Shown here one piece after another: positions 17,789-27,669 of a stretch of 64,000 bases of DNA. The translations under genes and the position numbers were made by a program. Numbering within the stretch: the first letter of the stretch is position 1; every line of letters starts with the position of its first letter. The DNA is from an uncultured Chthonomonadaceae bacterium (GTDB lineage Bacteria; Armatimonadota; Chthonomonadetes; Chthonomonadales; Chthonomonadaceae), in NCBI GenBank assembly GCA_963817895.1, contig CAWFQB010000006.1, positions 160,001-224,000 of the forward strand, given 5' to 3'. Below the pieces are notes generated by a model that searched no databases, was not told where the DNA came from, and saw only the letters and a program-made list of their open reading frames with translations.

Positions 17789-20269
17789 TTAGCGGTTGAA
17801 CAGGAAGGCGGGGCTGTTGATGAGCGCCCACATCAAGTCCTGCGCGCCTTCCATGCGAGTTGCCGATTTTTTGAGATGGTTCTGCGCGTTCGCCATTTCC
17901 TTTGCGTTTGGCAGCCGGGACACGACAGACAGGAAAATCTCTTCAATCAGCTTCTGGTCGGAGGGATTGGGCTTCATCAACTGCGCCAGTCGGCCAGTCG
18001 GCGCGGCAATGGCATCGGAAATGGTTGGGCCGTTAATGAGGTTCAGCGCCTGCCCCAAACTGACCGTGCTGGAACGCTCGCACTCGCAGGGCGTTTCCCG
18101 CGCGGGCTTGCCGAACAGGTCCAGAAAGCCGTCGTTTGCCCCTGATTTGGCATCGGGCAGGGCTTGCGCAAAGGTTCCCGTCGGCAAGCCTGCAAAAACC
18201 GCGTCCGTTCCCGTCGCGAGATGAATGGCGTCGTACAACTGCTCGGCTTCCAATCGGCGGGGAATGGCGTGAGAGAAGTTGGTTTTGTCGTCCACGTTCC
18301 ACTTGCTGCTCTGGATGGACGCCTGATACGTCCGCGAAAGGACAATTTGGCGCATGACGTGTTTCAGGTCGAAGCCGCTGTTCACGAAATCTTTGTTCAA
18401 GGCTTCCAGCAGTTCCGGGTTGCTCGGCGGATTGGAGGCGCGAATGTCGTCAACCGGGTCAATAATTCCCTTGCCGAGGAAGTAACTCCATACGCGGTTT
18501 ACCATGGCCCGCGAAAAGAACGGATTATCCTTTGAGGTCAGCCAATCGGCGAAAGCGTCCCGGCGTTCGGTTCCGGTTTTGAAATCTGCCGTTGTGGTCA
18601 AATGCCCGACGGGAACGAGGGGCGCGACTGCCATCGCCGTTTTCGGGTGCATCACTTCGCCGCCCGCTTTGTCGTACACCACTTCGTCACCCGGCTGCGT
18701 TCCCGGCTTGAAACTGACCTGCGAGAAGAACGCGCCGAACTGGTAATACTGGTTCTGCGTCCATTTCTCGAACGGGTGGTCGTGGCACTTGTTGCACGAA
18801 AAGCGGACGCCCAAAAATAGCTGCGTGACGTTCTCGGTTGCGGTTGAGGTGTCGCGGACAACGCGCAAATAGTTGGCGGGCGCGTTCTCATAAGCGTCGC
18901 CCGTCGCGGTAATCATGGAACGGACAAACTTGTCGTAGGGCATGTTTTCGGCAACGGCGGAGTGTATCCAGTTGCGGAACTTACGGACACCCTTGTCGCC
19001 TAAATACTTGCTGTTGCAGTCCAGCAGGTCGGCCCATTTGTTGGTCCAGCGGTCGGCAAACGCGGGCGAAGCCAGCAGCGCGTCAATCATCTTTTCGCGT
19101 TTGGCCGAAGAGGGAGTTTTGTCTTCGATGAAGGCGCGGGCGGCCTCGGATGTGGGCGGCAGGCCGGTCAGGTCAATGGACACGCGGCGCAGGAACGTGG
19201 CGTCATCGCACAAACCGGACGGCAGCGCCTTGACCTTTTGCAGTTTCTTATCCACGAGCGTATCAATGTAGTTGTTGTCCGCCGCCTGCGCCCATTTGTA
19301 GCCCGTCCGGTCGCCAAGAACTGTAAGCGGCGTCGTGGCATATGTGCCTTCGTAGCGCACGAGCAGGGCCGCTTCCCCGCGCCGTACTGCGGTAATTTCG
19401 CCGCTCGGTTTCACGGTTGCGGTTTCCGGCATACTGCTGGTCAGCACCGCCTCGCGGGTTACGTCCCGCGTCATGCCATTGGGATAATGCGCAAGCACGA
19501 GCGTTTTCTGCGTCAGGCCGGGAAGGGTCAGGTTCGGCACACTCGGCAATACTTCCAGACTTGCCACGCGCTTTGTTTTCCCCGTATCCGAAACAACGCC
19601 CTCGGTAATCCACTGCTTTAACACGTTGTAGTAGCGCGAACCGGGAAGAATCACCTGCCCGCCCTTGTGCGCCACTTCGCCCGTCGGCTTGAGCAGCATC
19701 AGGGATTGCGCCGGGTCAGTGCGATTGAACCGCCGCGCTTCGATGTCATCTATCAGGGCATGGTGGTCAAAGACGGGATCGTAGCCGCGCAGACTGAGTT
19801 TGAACCCGTTCTTGCCTTTTGCCGAGCCGTGACACGTTCCCGCGTTACACCCGGCCTTGCTCAAAATCGGCATGATGTCGCGCGTGAAACTGACGGGCGG
19901 CGAAGTCATGCTTTTCACCAGCACCGGCACAACCGCCGTTTGCCCCGCAGCGGAAACCACAAGCCTGGTCGCGCCCACCTTTACCGGCTGCACATACCCG
20001 TCCCTATCCATCTGCACAATCGGCGCGGCAGGCTTCACAACCGCCAGCGAGGATAAATCCACCGCGTACCCCGACGCGGTTTTTCCGGTCACGACAAATG
20101 AACGCGCGTCCCGGCTATCCAGCAGCGTCAGCGACGACGGCTGCACGGACAGCGAAACGATCTTCGGCAGCGCGGGCTTTTTCGGGGCCGCGTCTTCCGC
20201 AAAGCCCGCAGAACTCAACGCGCAGCAGGCCGCCACAAACGGCAGTAGTGAAATTCGGAATGTAGGCAT
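17789..20269 (-). CDS. DUF1549/DUF1553 (PSCyt2/PSD1) protein with Ig-like domains
   Basis: Motifs GCNAGTCHG, FLRRVSIDLTG, CNKCHDHP, NPPSNPELL, CECER and DLMWALINSPAFLFNR. Confidence 0.9.
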   Translation of the reverse strand: MPTFRISLLPFVAACCALSSAGFAEDAAPKKPALPKIVSLSVQPSSLTLLDSRDARSFVVTGKTASGYAVDLSSLAVVKPAAPIVQMDRDGYVQPVKVGATRLVVSAAGQTAVVPVLVKSMTSPPVSFTRDIMPILSKAGCNAGTCHGSAKGKNGFKLSLRGYDPVFDHHALIDDIEARRFNRTDPAQSLMLLKPTGEVAHKGGQVILPGSRYYNVLKQWITEGVVSDTGKTKRVASLEVLPSVPNLTLPGLTQKTLVLAHYPNGMTRDVTREAVLTSSMPETATVKPSGEITAVRRGEAALLVRYEGTYATTPLTVLGDRTGYKWAQAADNNYIDTLVDKKLQKVKALPSGLCDDATFLRRVSIDLTGLPPTSEAARAFIEDKTPSSAKREKMIDALLASPAFADRWTNKWADLLDCNSKYLGDKGVRKFRNWIHSAVAENMPYDKFVRSMITATGDAYENAPANYLRVVRDTSTATENVTQLFLGVRFSCNKCHDHPFEKWTQNQYYQFGAFFSQVSFKPGTQPGDEVVYDKAGGEVMHPKTAMAVAPLVPVGHLTTTADFKTGTERRDAFADWLTSKDNPFFSRAMVNRVWSYFLGKGIIDPVDDIRASNPPSNPELLEALNKDFVNSGFDLKHVMRQIVLSRTYQASIQSSKWNVDDKTNFSHAIPRRLEAEQLYDAIHLATGTDAVFAGLPTGTFAQALPDAKSGANDGFLDLFGKPARETPCECERSSTVSLGQALNLINGPTISDAIAAPTGRLAQLMKPNPSDQKLIEEIFLSVVSRLPNAKEMANAQNHLKKSATRMEGAQDLMWALINSPAFLFNR

Positions 20270-20308
20270 AAGAGCATCCTTGATAAGCGCTAAAAAGTAA
20301 AGAAGAAA

Positions 20309-21748
20309 TTACTTTGCCGCGCGTTTGATGGCGAGCGGGACGGGCGTGAAGGCTTTGGCGAGTTCGCCTGTGGGCAGGTTGTACAGGCGTACCTGTCCGT
20401 CGAAGCCGCCCGTTGCCAGTTGTTTGCTGTCGGGGCTGAAGGTCAGGGCGTACAACACGCCGGAGTGGCCTTTCAGCGTGGCGACTTTCGCGCCGTCTGC
20501 GGCTTTGTACACGTTGACCACATCCGCTTCGCCGCCAACCGCGATCATGCTGGCGTCCGGGCTGAACGCGATACAGGTGGCGACTCCGGGCTGCCGCTCG
20601 AACGCGCGCAGCAGATTATGGTCTTCCTGATTCATCGTGCGAACTGCGGTGCGGAACACTTTGTACAGGCGGGGTATGCCGTCGTCCCCCGCGCAAACCA
20701 CCTGATCGAACTTGGGATTGCGGGCCATGCAGCGGTACGGGCTTGTGTGGGTATTGATGTCGTCAATGAACGACGCGCCCTGTACCTGCGTGAGCTTTAT
20801 GGCGGAATCGCGCCCCGTGCTGAGAACGTGCAGGTTGTGCTTGTCGTCCTCCATAAAGGCGGTCGCGAATATCCAGTCGCTGTGGTTGTCGAGCCGCATG
20901 AGGGGGCGTCCGTCGGGAACGGTTACGACGCGCAGGCTGTTGTCGGCGCAGCCAAAAGCGAGGTCTTTGCTGTCGGGCGAAAACGACGCGCCGAACAGGG
21001 TATCCGCTGTCATTTGCACGGTATTGGCCTGCTTGTTGGTGACCGTGTCCCAAAACTGGATTTCCCCGGAACGCGCCGGGGAACCGCCCACTGCCGCCAG
21101 CAATTTGCCGTCCGGCGAATAGGCGAGAGACAAAATCTTTTCTGACTGTCCGACAAGCCGCGCCACAAGCCCGGAACCATCCGCTTTGTGCAGCAGAATT
21201 TCGCGGTACCCCGATACCGCCAGCGTATTGCCGTCATTGGCATACGCAAGCGCGGTAATCACGGGCGGCTTCAAATAGACGGGCGGATGCGCGGCGTCAA
21301 TGCTGTCTTTCACGACGGGCGAGTCGTCCGTCGCGCCCTGCGCGATCCACGAGCGGAACAGGCCGAGTTCCTCGTTGGAAAGCGGCGGGCCACCCTTGGG
21401 CATCAGGTCGCGCTTGCCGGTCAGATACTCCATGAGGGTACTGGCTTCGGGCTTTTTGCGTATGATACACGCGCCGCTTCCGCCACCCCGCATTACATCC
21501 GCGTAGGAGGTCATGACGTACTTGCCGCTGGCAATATTTCCCTGATGGCAGCCCTGACATTTGCCCTGAATGATGGGCCGAACCTGCTTGTAGTAACTGA
21601 TTGGCGTGGTTTTCAGAGTTGTTTTCGCATCGTCAGCGTGGGCGGAAGCGGGTAGAAGCGGTAGTAATACTGCCGTGACCATGCCGGTCAACCGCAGAGC
21701 GCGAATGGTGAAAGTCGAGGCAGTAAAAAGGGCGTGTGACAAACGCAT
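20309..21748 (-). CDS. Planctomycete-type cytochrome c domain plus WD40 repeat protein
   Basis: VRPII..KCQGCH haem motif, MP...WI..GA segment, repeated LAYSPDG/FSPD blades. Confidence 0.85.
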   Translation of the reverse strand: MRLSHALFTASTFTIRALRLTGMVTAVLLPLLPASAHADDAKTTLKTTPISYYKQVRPIIQGKCQGCHQGNIASGKYVMTSYADVMRGGGSGACIIRKKPEASTLMEYLTGKRDLMPKGGPPLSNEELGLFRSWIAQGATDDSPVVKDSIDAAHPPVYLKPPVITALAYANDGNTLAVSGYREILLHKADGSGLVARLVGQSEKILSLAYSPDGKLLAAVGGSPARSGEIQFWDTVTNKQANTVQMTADTLFGASFSPDSKDLAFGCADNSLRVVTVPDGRPLMRLDNHSDWIFATAFMEDDKHNLHVLSTGRDSAIKLTQVQGASFIDDINTHTSPYRCMARNPKFDQVVCAGDDGIPRLYKVFRTAVRTMNQEDHNLLRAFERQPGVATCIAFSPDASMIAVGGEADVVNVYKAADGAKVATLKGHSGVLYALTFSPDSKQLATGGFDGQVRLYNLPTGELAKAFTPVPLAIKRAAK

Positions 21749-21979
21749 ATATTTCCTCGGCAATGAGTAACGAAGCAGAGAGTGACAAACACTGCCAATC
21801 CAAAATGACCGGGCGGCGTTTGCTTCACGATTGGTTTATGAGACAATCAAACGCGCGTGTAGTTTCATTATAACGGCATAAAGTTCGTATAGCAACTCTT
21901 TTCATCTGGCAGTCTGCGAGAAGTTGGGCGAAACAGCCGGAGGGAGGAACAAAATCAGTTGAAAATACAGACAAAGATG

Positions 21980-22008
21980 TTGCGATTCTCCTTTCCTGCT
22001 GCTATACT
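21980..22008 (+). promoter_or_regulatory. sigma70-type promoter with extended -10
   Basis: TTGCGA, 17-nt spacer, TATACT preceded by TGc. Confidence 0.55.
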
Positions 22009-22103
22009 GAACAGGTAGTATACATTTGACGGCGTGTAATGCCGGGACATTGCCGCCGTCATCCACTTTGCCTGTGTTTGTTTACCATTGGGAGGATTGC
22101 ATT

Positions 22104-22454
22104 ATGCTGCGTTTGCAGGAGGGGGAAGCGGTTAAGATTGTGGAGCGGCCAGCCGTTGCCGCCGATACGAAGAGCGGGTTGTACTTTGCGCATTACAAGA
22201 ATTTGTCCGGCACGATTTTCAAACTTTACGGGAGTGGCGAAACACAACAGGCCGCGATTGACGTGGAACTGGAAACGCTGCCGGAAGACGTGTCGCGCCG
22301 CCATCTGGAAACCCGCGACGCGATGTACCAGAGTTTGACCGGAGACGCCAAAAAGCAGAGCGCGCCCGGTATGCCCGGCGAGTTCCGCCTGCGCTATATT
22401 GTCCTCGTCAGCGTGGCCGACCTGAAACGCCGCGCCATCACCTCGAAGAACTGA
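22104..22454 (+). CDS. hypothetical protein
   Basis: GGAGG RBS, ATG and an upstream promoter; no family recognised. Confidence 0.75.
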   Translation: MLRLQEGEAVKIVERPAVAADTKSGLYFAHYKNLSGTIFKLYGSGETQQAAIDVELETLPEDVSRRHLETRDAMYQSLTGDAKKQSAPGMPGEFRLRYIVLVSVADLKRRAITSKN

Positions 22455-22562
22455 AATTCACCACCTGTTGCGCTAGAGACACAGAGAGGGAACACAGAGA
22501 AAGGAAGAGAATAGATTGCGGTTTATCTCTCCTTCTATCTCATTGGCTTCTTCTCTGTGTCT

Positions 22563-23240
22563 CTAAGTAGGCCGTTGTTGTAAGTTCGTAGTTTTCTCTT
22601 GTGCCTGGCGCAGATGCTCGGCCTTTTCTTGTAGCGCCTTGTCTACAGCGGCTTTGAGGTCGGCCACTTCTTTATAACTGCGTGTGGGCATCTGGTGATG
22701 CTTGATCGCGTTCCAGATCGGCTCGATCTCGGAGAGTTCCGGCGAGTAGGACGGCAGCGACACCACGAAAACGTCGGCGGCTTCGAGTTGCGGCAGGGCG
22801 TCTTGAACCGTCTGGCTCTTGTGAACCGAGTAGTTGTCCACGATCACCATCAGCGGACGCTCCCGTTTCCAGTCGTCTTCGGACTTGGCCGGGCGTCCGG
22901 CTAAACGCCAGAGGAAGGCCACATAGCGTTCGGCATCAATGGCTCCAATCTCGTCTACGGTCAAGCCATAGCTTGCCGCCACTTGTTCGGGCGTCTTGCG
23001 CTTGGCTTTACGGGCATGGGGCGGCAGTTGCGCCCAACTCTGATATACGAAGCGACCGGCCAACGGCCCATGCGAAAAGTAGCCGCCGATAGCGTTGACG
23101 CGCCTTCCCTGCGGCGCTTCATAAGGAATGTTCAAACGTTCCCCGATGGGAAACCAACTATAACACACGGGCAAGGTGGGCGCAAATCCGGCTTCATCGA
23201 CATCGACCACGTCAATCAACCCGGCATCGCCCCTTTTTTC
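22563..23240 (-). CDS. IS630 transposase, DDE part (programmed frameshift)
   Basis: Motifs DEAGF, IVDNYSVH and LPSYSPELSEIEPIW. Confidence 0.9.
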   Translation of the reverse strand, partial: EKRGDAGLIDVVDVDEAGFAPTLPVCYSWFPIGERLNIPYEAPQGRRVNAIGGYFSHGPLAGRFVYQSWAQLPPHARKAKRKTPEQVAASYGLTVDEIGAIDAERYVAFLWRLAGRPAKSEDDWKRERPLMVIVDNYSVHKSQTVQDALPQLEAADVFVVSLPSYSPELSEIEPIWNAIKHHQMPTRSYKEVADLKAAVDKALQEKAEHLRQAQEKTTNLQQRPT

Positions 23241-23777
23241 AAGGTCTCGATGGTGGCTTGCTTCTGAGCAACCTCCTCGGCCTTTTGCTTATGTTTGAGA
23301 CTGCGGCTGGTACGCTTGTAGCGCAAATCCGCCCGTTTAAGATGGACGCGCACCCAGTCGGCGCTTAAATGCACCTGATGTTCTTGCGCCAGCCAGTCGG
23401 CCAATTGTCCCGCAGTCCAGGTGCGCTCCCCTTTGCCGACTTCGGCAACCAGAGCGTCACGCAACTCAGGCGTCAACACCGAGGTTTTGCCGCCGCGCGG
23501 TTTGTTGCGCAGGGCCTCAAAGCCGCCGTCGAGGTAGGCTTTGATCCAAAAGCGTACCGTTTGTTCATGCTGGCGCAGGTGACGCGCAATCTTAGGGATG
23601 CTCCAACCGGCATCCGACAGGCGGATCATCTCTAAACGGTCGCGCGTACTGGCCTCCACATGGGCTTGGTGGGCGCGGCGGTCAAGTTCAACATGTTGTT
23701 CAGCGGTCAGAGTAACACGGTACATAGGTGGCTTCTATCCTCCACCTCTTTCTACGAACTTTGACCCACGATTTACT
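22566..23777 (-). mobile_element. IS630-family insertion sequence, ~1212 bp
   Basis: TA duplication at 22564-22565 and 23778-23779; imperfect 26-bp IRs agtaggccgttgttgtaagttcgtag / agtaaatcgtgggtcaaagttcgtag. Confidence 0.9.
23216..23725 (-). CDS. IS630 transposase, N-terminal HTH part
   Basis: HTH and winged-helix segments; ends LKKG on an AAAAAAG slippery site. Confidence 0.9.
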   Translation of the reverse strand: MYRVTLTAEQHVELDRRAHQAHVEASTRDRLEMIRLSDAGWSIPKIARHLRQHEQTVRFWIKAYLDGGFEALRNKPRGGKTSVLTPELRDALVAEVGKGERTWTAGQLADWLAQEHQVHLSADWVRVHLKRADLRYKRTSRSLKHKQKAEEVAQKQATIETLKKGAMPG

Positions 23778-23797
23778 TAGCGCAACAGGTGGTGAAT

Positions 23798-26365
23798 TTA
23801 CTCCCAAGTGATGAGCGGCAGTTCGATGGGCATCAGGGCGTCGGGGTGGGTGGGCAGGACGCGCACCGAAAAGCCCTGCATCCCGCTGTTGGTGGTCGGC
23901 AGGTCGCCCTCATACACGTTGCGCCCGTCCTGAACGCCCGTGCGCTCTAAGGGTACGGCAGTTCCTGTCGTAATCTGGTGGTTGAAGTCGAGCGGGCCGT
24001 AGTACGCCTGCACGAGAATGTCCTGCGGCAGCAGTTCGCCCAACTGCACGGACGCTTTGACATGCACGGACTGACCGGCGGCGATGGTATCCTCCGCCGA
24101 TTTCTGCGATTCCACGTTGTCAATGTGGAGTTGGCTCCATTTGTCGCGAATCCGGTTTTTCCAGTCTACCAGTTCCTTCGCCGAACCCAAACTGTCGGTT
24201 GTCAGGCGCTCGAAACGTTCGGTAGCCGGGAAGTAGTATTTAGTGGCGTATTCGGCGATCATGCGGTGCGTGTTGAAGACGGGACACAGCAGGCGCATGG
24301 AGTTTTTCACCCGCGACATCCAGCCGCGCGGCAGGCTTTCGCCTGCGCGGTCGTAGAACAGGGGGACAACCTCTTTTTCCAGAATGTCGTACAGTACATG
24401 GGCTTCCACGCGATCCTGCTCATCCGGGTCGGCGTAGGCCTCGCCCTTGCCGATGTGCCAGCCCACGCCCTTTTCGTCCACTTCCGCCCACCAGCCATCG
24501 GGAATAGACAGGTTCAGGCCGCCGTTGGCAAGCACTTTCATGCCGCTTGTGCCGCTGGCCTCCATCGGGCGGCGCGGCGTGTTGAGCCACACGTCCACGC
24601 CCTGCACCATCTGGCGGGCAAGCGCAAGATCGTAATCTTCCAGAAACACGATGCGGTTACGCGCGTCGGCATTGCGGGCAAACTGTACGATTTCCTGAAT
24701 CAAGTGCTTGCCGCCGTCGTCTTTGGGGTGCGCCTTGCCCGCCATAATAAGCTGTACGGGGCGATTGGCGTCGTTCAGGATGCGTATCAGCCGTTCCGGG
24801 TCGGACAGCAGCAGGGTCGCGCGTTTGTAGGTGGCGAAGCGGCGGGCAAAGCCGATGGTGAGCGCGTCGGGGTGGAGAACCTCGCGTACCCGGCGAATCT
24901 CGTACTCGCTCATGCCCCGCTGCTCGTACTGCTGTTTCAGACGTTCGCGCGCGAACTGCACCAGTTTCTCGCGCCGCCGCTGCTTCACGCGCCACAAATC
25001 CTCGTCGGGGATACTGCTGATTTTGTCCCACACGCCGCCGCCGCTCACGTCCTGCGACCAGCGCCCTCCTAAATACTGATCCAGCACATTCGCCATTTCG
25101 CGGGAGGTAAACGAGCGGGCATGGATACCATTGGTGACGCTGCCGACCGGAACCTCCTCTTCGGGGAACTGCGGAAAGCCGACCTGCACCATGTGTCGGG
25201 TTACTTTGCCGTGCAACTTGCTGACGCCGTTGACCTGATGCGAATGACTGAGCGCCATAATCGCCATGTTGAACTTTTCGCCGGGATTGTACTGGTGGTA
25301 GCGACCCAGGTTCAAGAACTCATCAAAAGAGATACCCAGTTGCCCGATATACGCGCCGAAATAGCGGCCCAGCAGTTCCGGTGGGAACATGTCAATGCCG
25401 GCGGGTACGGGCGTGTGCGTGGTAAACAGATTGCCGGCAGCCGTCGCTTCGCGGGCATGCCAGTAGTCACAGCCGTTCTCCTGCATCAACATGCGCGTCC
25501 GCTCGAAGGCCATAAACGCGGAATGGCCCTCGTTCATGTGGCAGATGGTGGGCTTGATGCCTAGGGCGACAAGGGCGCGCATCCCGCCGATTCCCAGAAT
25601 CATCTCCTGCTTCACGCGCATTTCGGTATCGCCGCCGTAAAGCTGATCGGTGATGTTCTGGTCTTCGAAGTTGTTGTCGGCGATGTTGGTGTCGAGCAGG
25701 TACAGCGGGATGCGCCCGACCTGCACCTTCCAAATCTGCGCGTACACGTTGCGCCCCGGAAATTCCACGCAGATGCGCAGGGGCTTGCCGTTCGCGTCCA
25801 GTTCCGGCAGCATCGGCATGTTGTAAAAGTCGTTGGTGGGGTAGCGTTCCTGCTGCCAGCCTTCGGCGTTGAGAAACTGCCGGAAATAGCCCTGCTGATA
25901 CAGCAATCCGATACCCACAAGCGGCAATCCCAAATCACTGGAAGATTTCAGATGATCCCCGGAAAGCACGCCAAGTCCGCCCGAATACACCGGCAAACAC
26001 TCGGTCAGCCCAAATTCCATAGAAAAGTACGCGATTTTCGTTTCGGGCGGAACCTTGTCTTTCCAGTTGCGCTGAAACCACGTATTCTGCGCTTTCAGAT
26101 AGTTTTCAAGGCCATAGCGGACACGGTCCAGTTCCGCAAGAAAACCGTCGTCCTGCGCGATTTCTTTGAGGCGATCCTGCGAGATCGTTCCCAACATGCG
26201 GACAGGATTATGCCCGCTGGTTTCCCAAAGATCGCGGTCCAGTCGCCGGAACAGTTCGATGGCCTCATGGTTCCAGGCCCATTGGATATTGAACGCGAGT
26301 TCGCGCAGGCGGTCGAGCGAGTCGGGCAGGGCAGGCACGACGTGAAAAGCATGAACGGTAGGCAT
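23798..26365 (-). CDS. glgP: alpha-glucan (glycogen/starch) phosphorylase
   Basis: Motifs YFSMEFG, YSGGLGVL, GFARRFATYKRA and EASGTSGMK. Confidence 0.95.
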   Translation of the reverse strand: MPTVHAFHVVPALPDSLDRLRELAFNIQWAWNHEAIELFRRLDRDLWETSGHNPVRMLGTISQDRLKEIAQDDGFLAELDRVRYGLENYLKAQNTWFQRNWKDKVPPETKIAYFSMEFGLTECLPVYSGGLGVLSGDHLKSSSDLGLPLVGIGLLYQQGYFRQFLNAEGWQQERYPTNDFYNMPMLPELDANGKPLRICVEFPGRNVYAQIWKVQVGRIPLYLLDTNIADNNFEDQNITDQLYGGDTEMRVKQEMILGIGGMRALVALGIKPTICHMNEGHSAFMAFERTRMLMQENGCDYWHAREATAAGNLFTTHTPVPAGIDMFPPELLGRYFGAYIGQLGISFDEFLNLGRYHQYNPGEKFNMAIMALSHSHQVNGVSKLHGKVTRHMVQVGFPQFPEEEVPVGSVTNGIHARSFTSREMANVLDQYLGGRWSQDVSGGGVWDKISSIPDEDLWRVKQRRREKLVQFARERLKQQYEQRGMSEYEIRRVREVLHPDALTIGFARRFATYKRATLLLSDPERLIRILNDANRPVQLIMAGKAHPKDDGGKHLIQEIVQFARNADARNRIVFLEDYDLALARQMVQGVDVWLNTPRRPMEASGTSGMKVLANGGLNLSIPDGWWAEVDEKGVGWHIGKGEAYADPDEQDRVEAHVLYDILEKEVVPLFYDRAGESLPRGWMSRVKNSMRLLCPVFNTHRMIAEYATKYYFPATERFERLTTDSLGSAKELVDWKNRIRDKWSQLHIDNVESQKSAEDTIAAGQSVHVKASVQLGELLPQDILVQAYYGPLDFNHQITTGTAVPLERTGVQDGRNVYEGDLPTTNSGMQGFSVRVLPTHPDALMPIELPLITWE

Positions 26366-26589
26366 GTAAATTCCTCAAAGGATGAAGGATGAAGGATGAA
26401 GGATGAAGACAAGGCCCATCCTGTTTCCTCTCTTCCCTGTATTATTGGCAGCAAGCGGGTAAATCTTGTTACAGGCGGCAGTGGATTGCGTCGTATCTGC
26501 CACGCTGTTGTTATACGAACGAGGGGACTCAAGGTTCGCGCCTGCAAGTAACAAGGTTGGTGGCGGCTCTCGCAAGGAGTGTGCAAAAT

Positions 26590-26807
26590 GGGGGCTTGTA
26601 CCCTCAACCCCGGCCCTTCTCCCTGATTCCCTCTCTTCGTTCGGAGGGAGAAGGGAGCCAAGTCGCAAGCTGAGTGCGTTGATTACAAAGTTTTTATTCC
26701 CGTTCATACCGTGTTCAATAGATAAACCCACCACATTCGCTCCCTTCTCCCTGTCCGCGCAGCGGACAAATCAGGGAGAAGGGCCGGGGTTGAGGGTACA
26801 AGCCCCC
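26590..26807. repeat. palindromic element with 39-bp perfect inverted arms
   Basis: gggggcttgtaccctcaaccccggcccttctccctgatt and its reverse complement at 26769-26807; related half-motifs near 1435-1522, 4068-4152 and 45670-45714. Confidence 0.85.
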
Positions 26808-26990
26808 GGCGTGGCGCAATGCTATCGAATTGGCTCCTCTTCCTCCATGCTCTACAATCGCTAACCGACAGAAAAAGAACGAACTCAACTTTAGACTAAA
26901 CAATTGCACGGCTCAATAAGGCATACAGCGAAACGGCGGCTGAACTTTCGTCCGTCGCCGTGCTGTGTTCCTATGCAAAAACTTCGTCAA

Positions 26991-27101
26991 TAGATGATCC
27001 GACAAATAATTTGTCTACGCGATTTACAGTGGCGAGGGAACATTTCGAACCACTATGGGTAGCGTTTTTTGACATATCCCCGTTATTTGTCGGATTATCT
27101 A
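26991..27101. mobile_element. ~111-bp MITE-like element
   Basis: 19-bp terminal IR with one mismatch, tagatgatccgacaaataa/ttatttgtcggattatcta, with TA at both ends. Confidence 0.6.
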
Positions 27102-27118
27102 ATATGTAAAACGAAGAC

Positions 27119-27346
27119 TCAACCGGCCTGTTTGTGGACGTTCTGTTGGGCGATCTGCACCAGCAGACGTAAGGCTTGGTTGACCGCTTCCGTCGTGAGA
27201 AACGCCTGCGCGACATCCTCATCCAAAACAACAATGTTGCTGCTTGCTTTATATCGCGCCACATACTTGCCGTGCGCCCCGTTGGAAAAGTCGTACTCCG
27301 GCAACATTTCTGCTTCCTCTATTTCTAATTCAGGTTCCTTGTTCAT
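27119..27346 (-). CDS. BrnA-like antitoxin
   Basis: MLPEYDFSNG..GKY...VVLDEDVA..F...EAVNQALRLL pattern. Confidence 0.7.
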   Translation of the reverse strand: MNKEPELEIEEAEMLPEYDFSNGAHGKYVARYKASSNIVVLDEDVAQAFLTTEAVNQALRLLVQIAQQNVHKQAG

Positions 27347-27473
27347 ATTATCAACGCCACCAGCATCTTGAGCGTTTCGGTTCGTAAGTGCGCCATGTCC
27401 TGCTGAACGCAAGCCAGCAGTTATCAACAGGAACTCGCCGGTTGCCATTGAATGCGCTATGCCATGAGCACAC

Positions 27474-27582
27474 TGGGTTGAAACCCTATGCTAGAAAGTA
27501 CGATTGTCCTACGGACACAATTTTCCTTTCAAGAATATCGTGTCCGTAGGACACTCGTTTTGTAGCGCAGGGTTTCAACCCG
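27474..27582. repeat. REP-like nested palindrome
   Basis: gggttgaaaccct/agggtttcaaccc encloses tgtcctacggacac/gtgtccgtaggaca. Confidence 0.75.
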
Positions 27583-27669
27583 GCGTATTCATGCAAGCAA
27601 CTGCTCGTCTGCTGGGCTAGTTAGCATGCCGTCTTGTGTGGATAACCAGAAAGTTTTCCATTATGCTCA

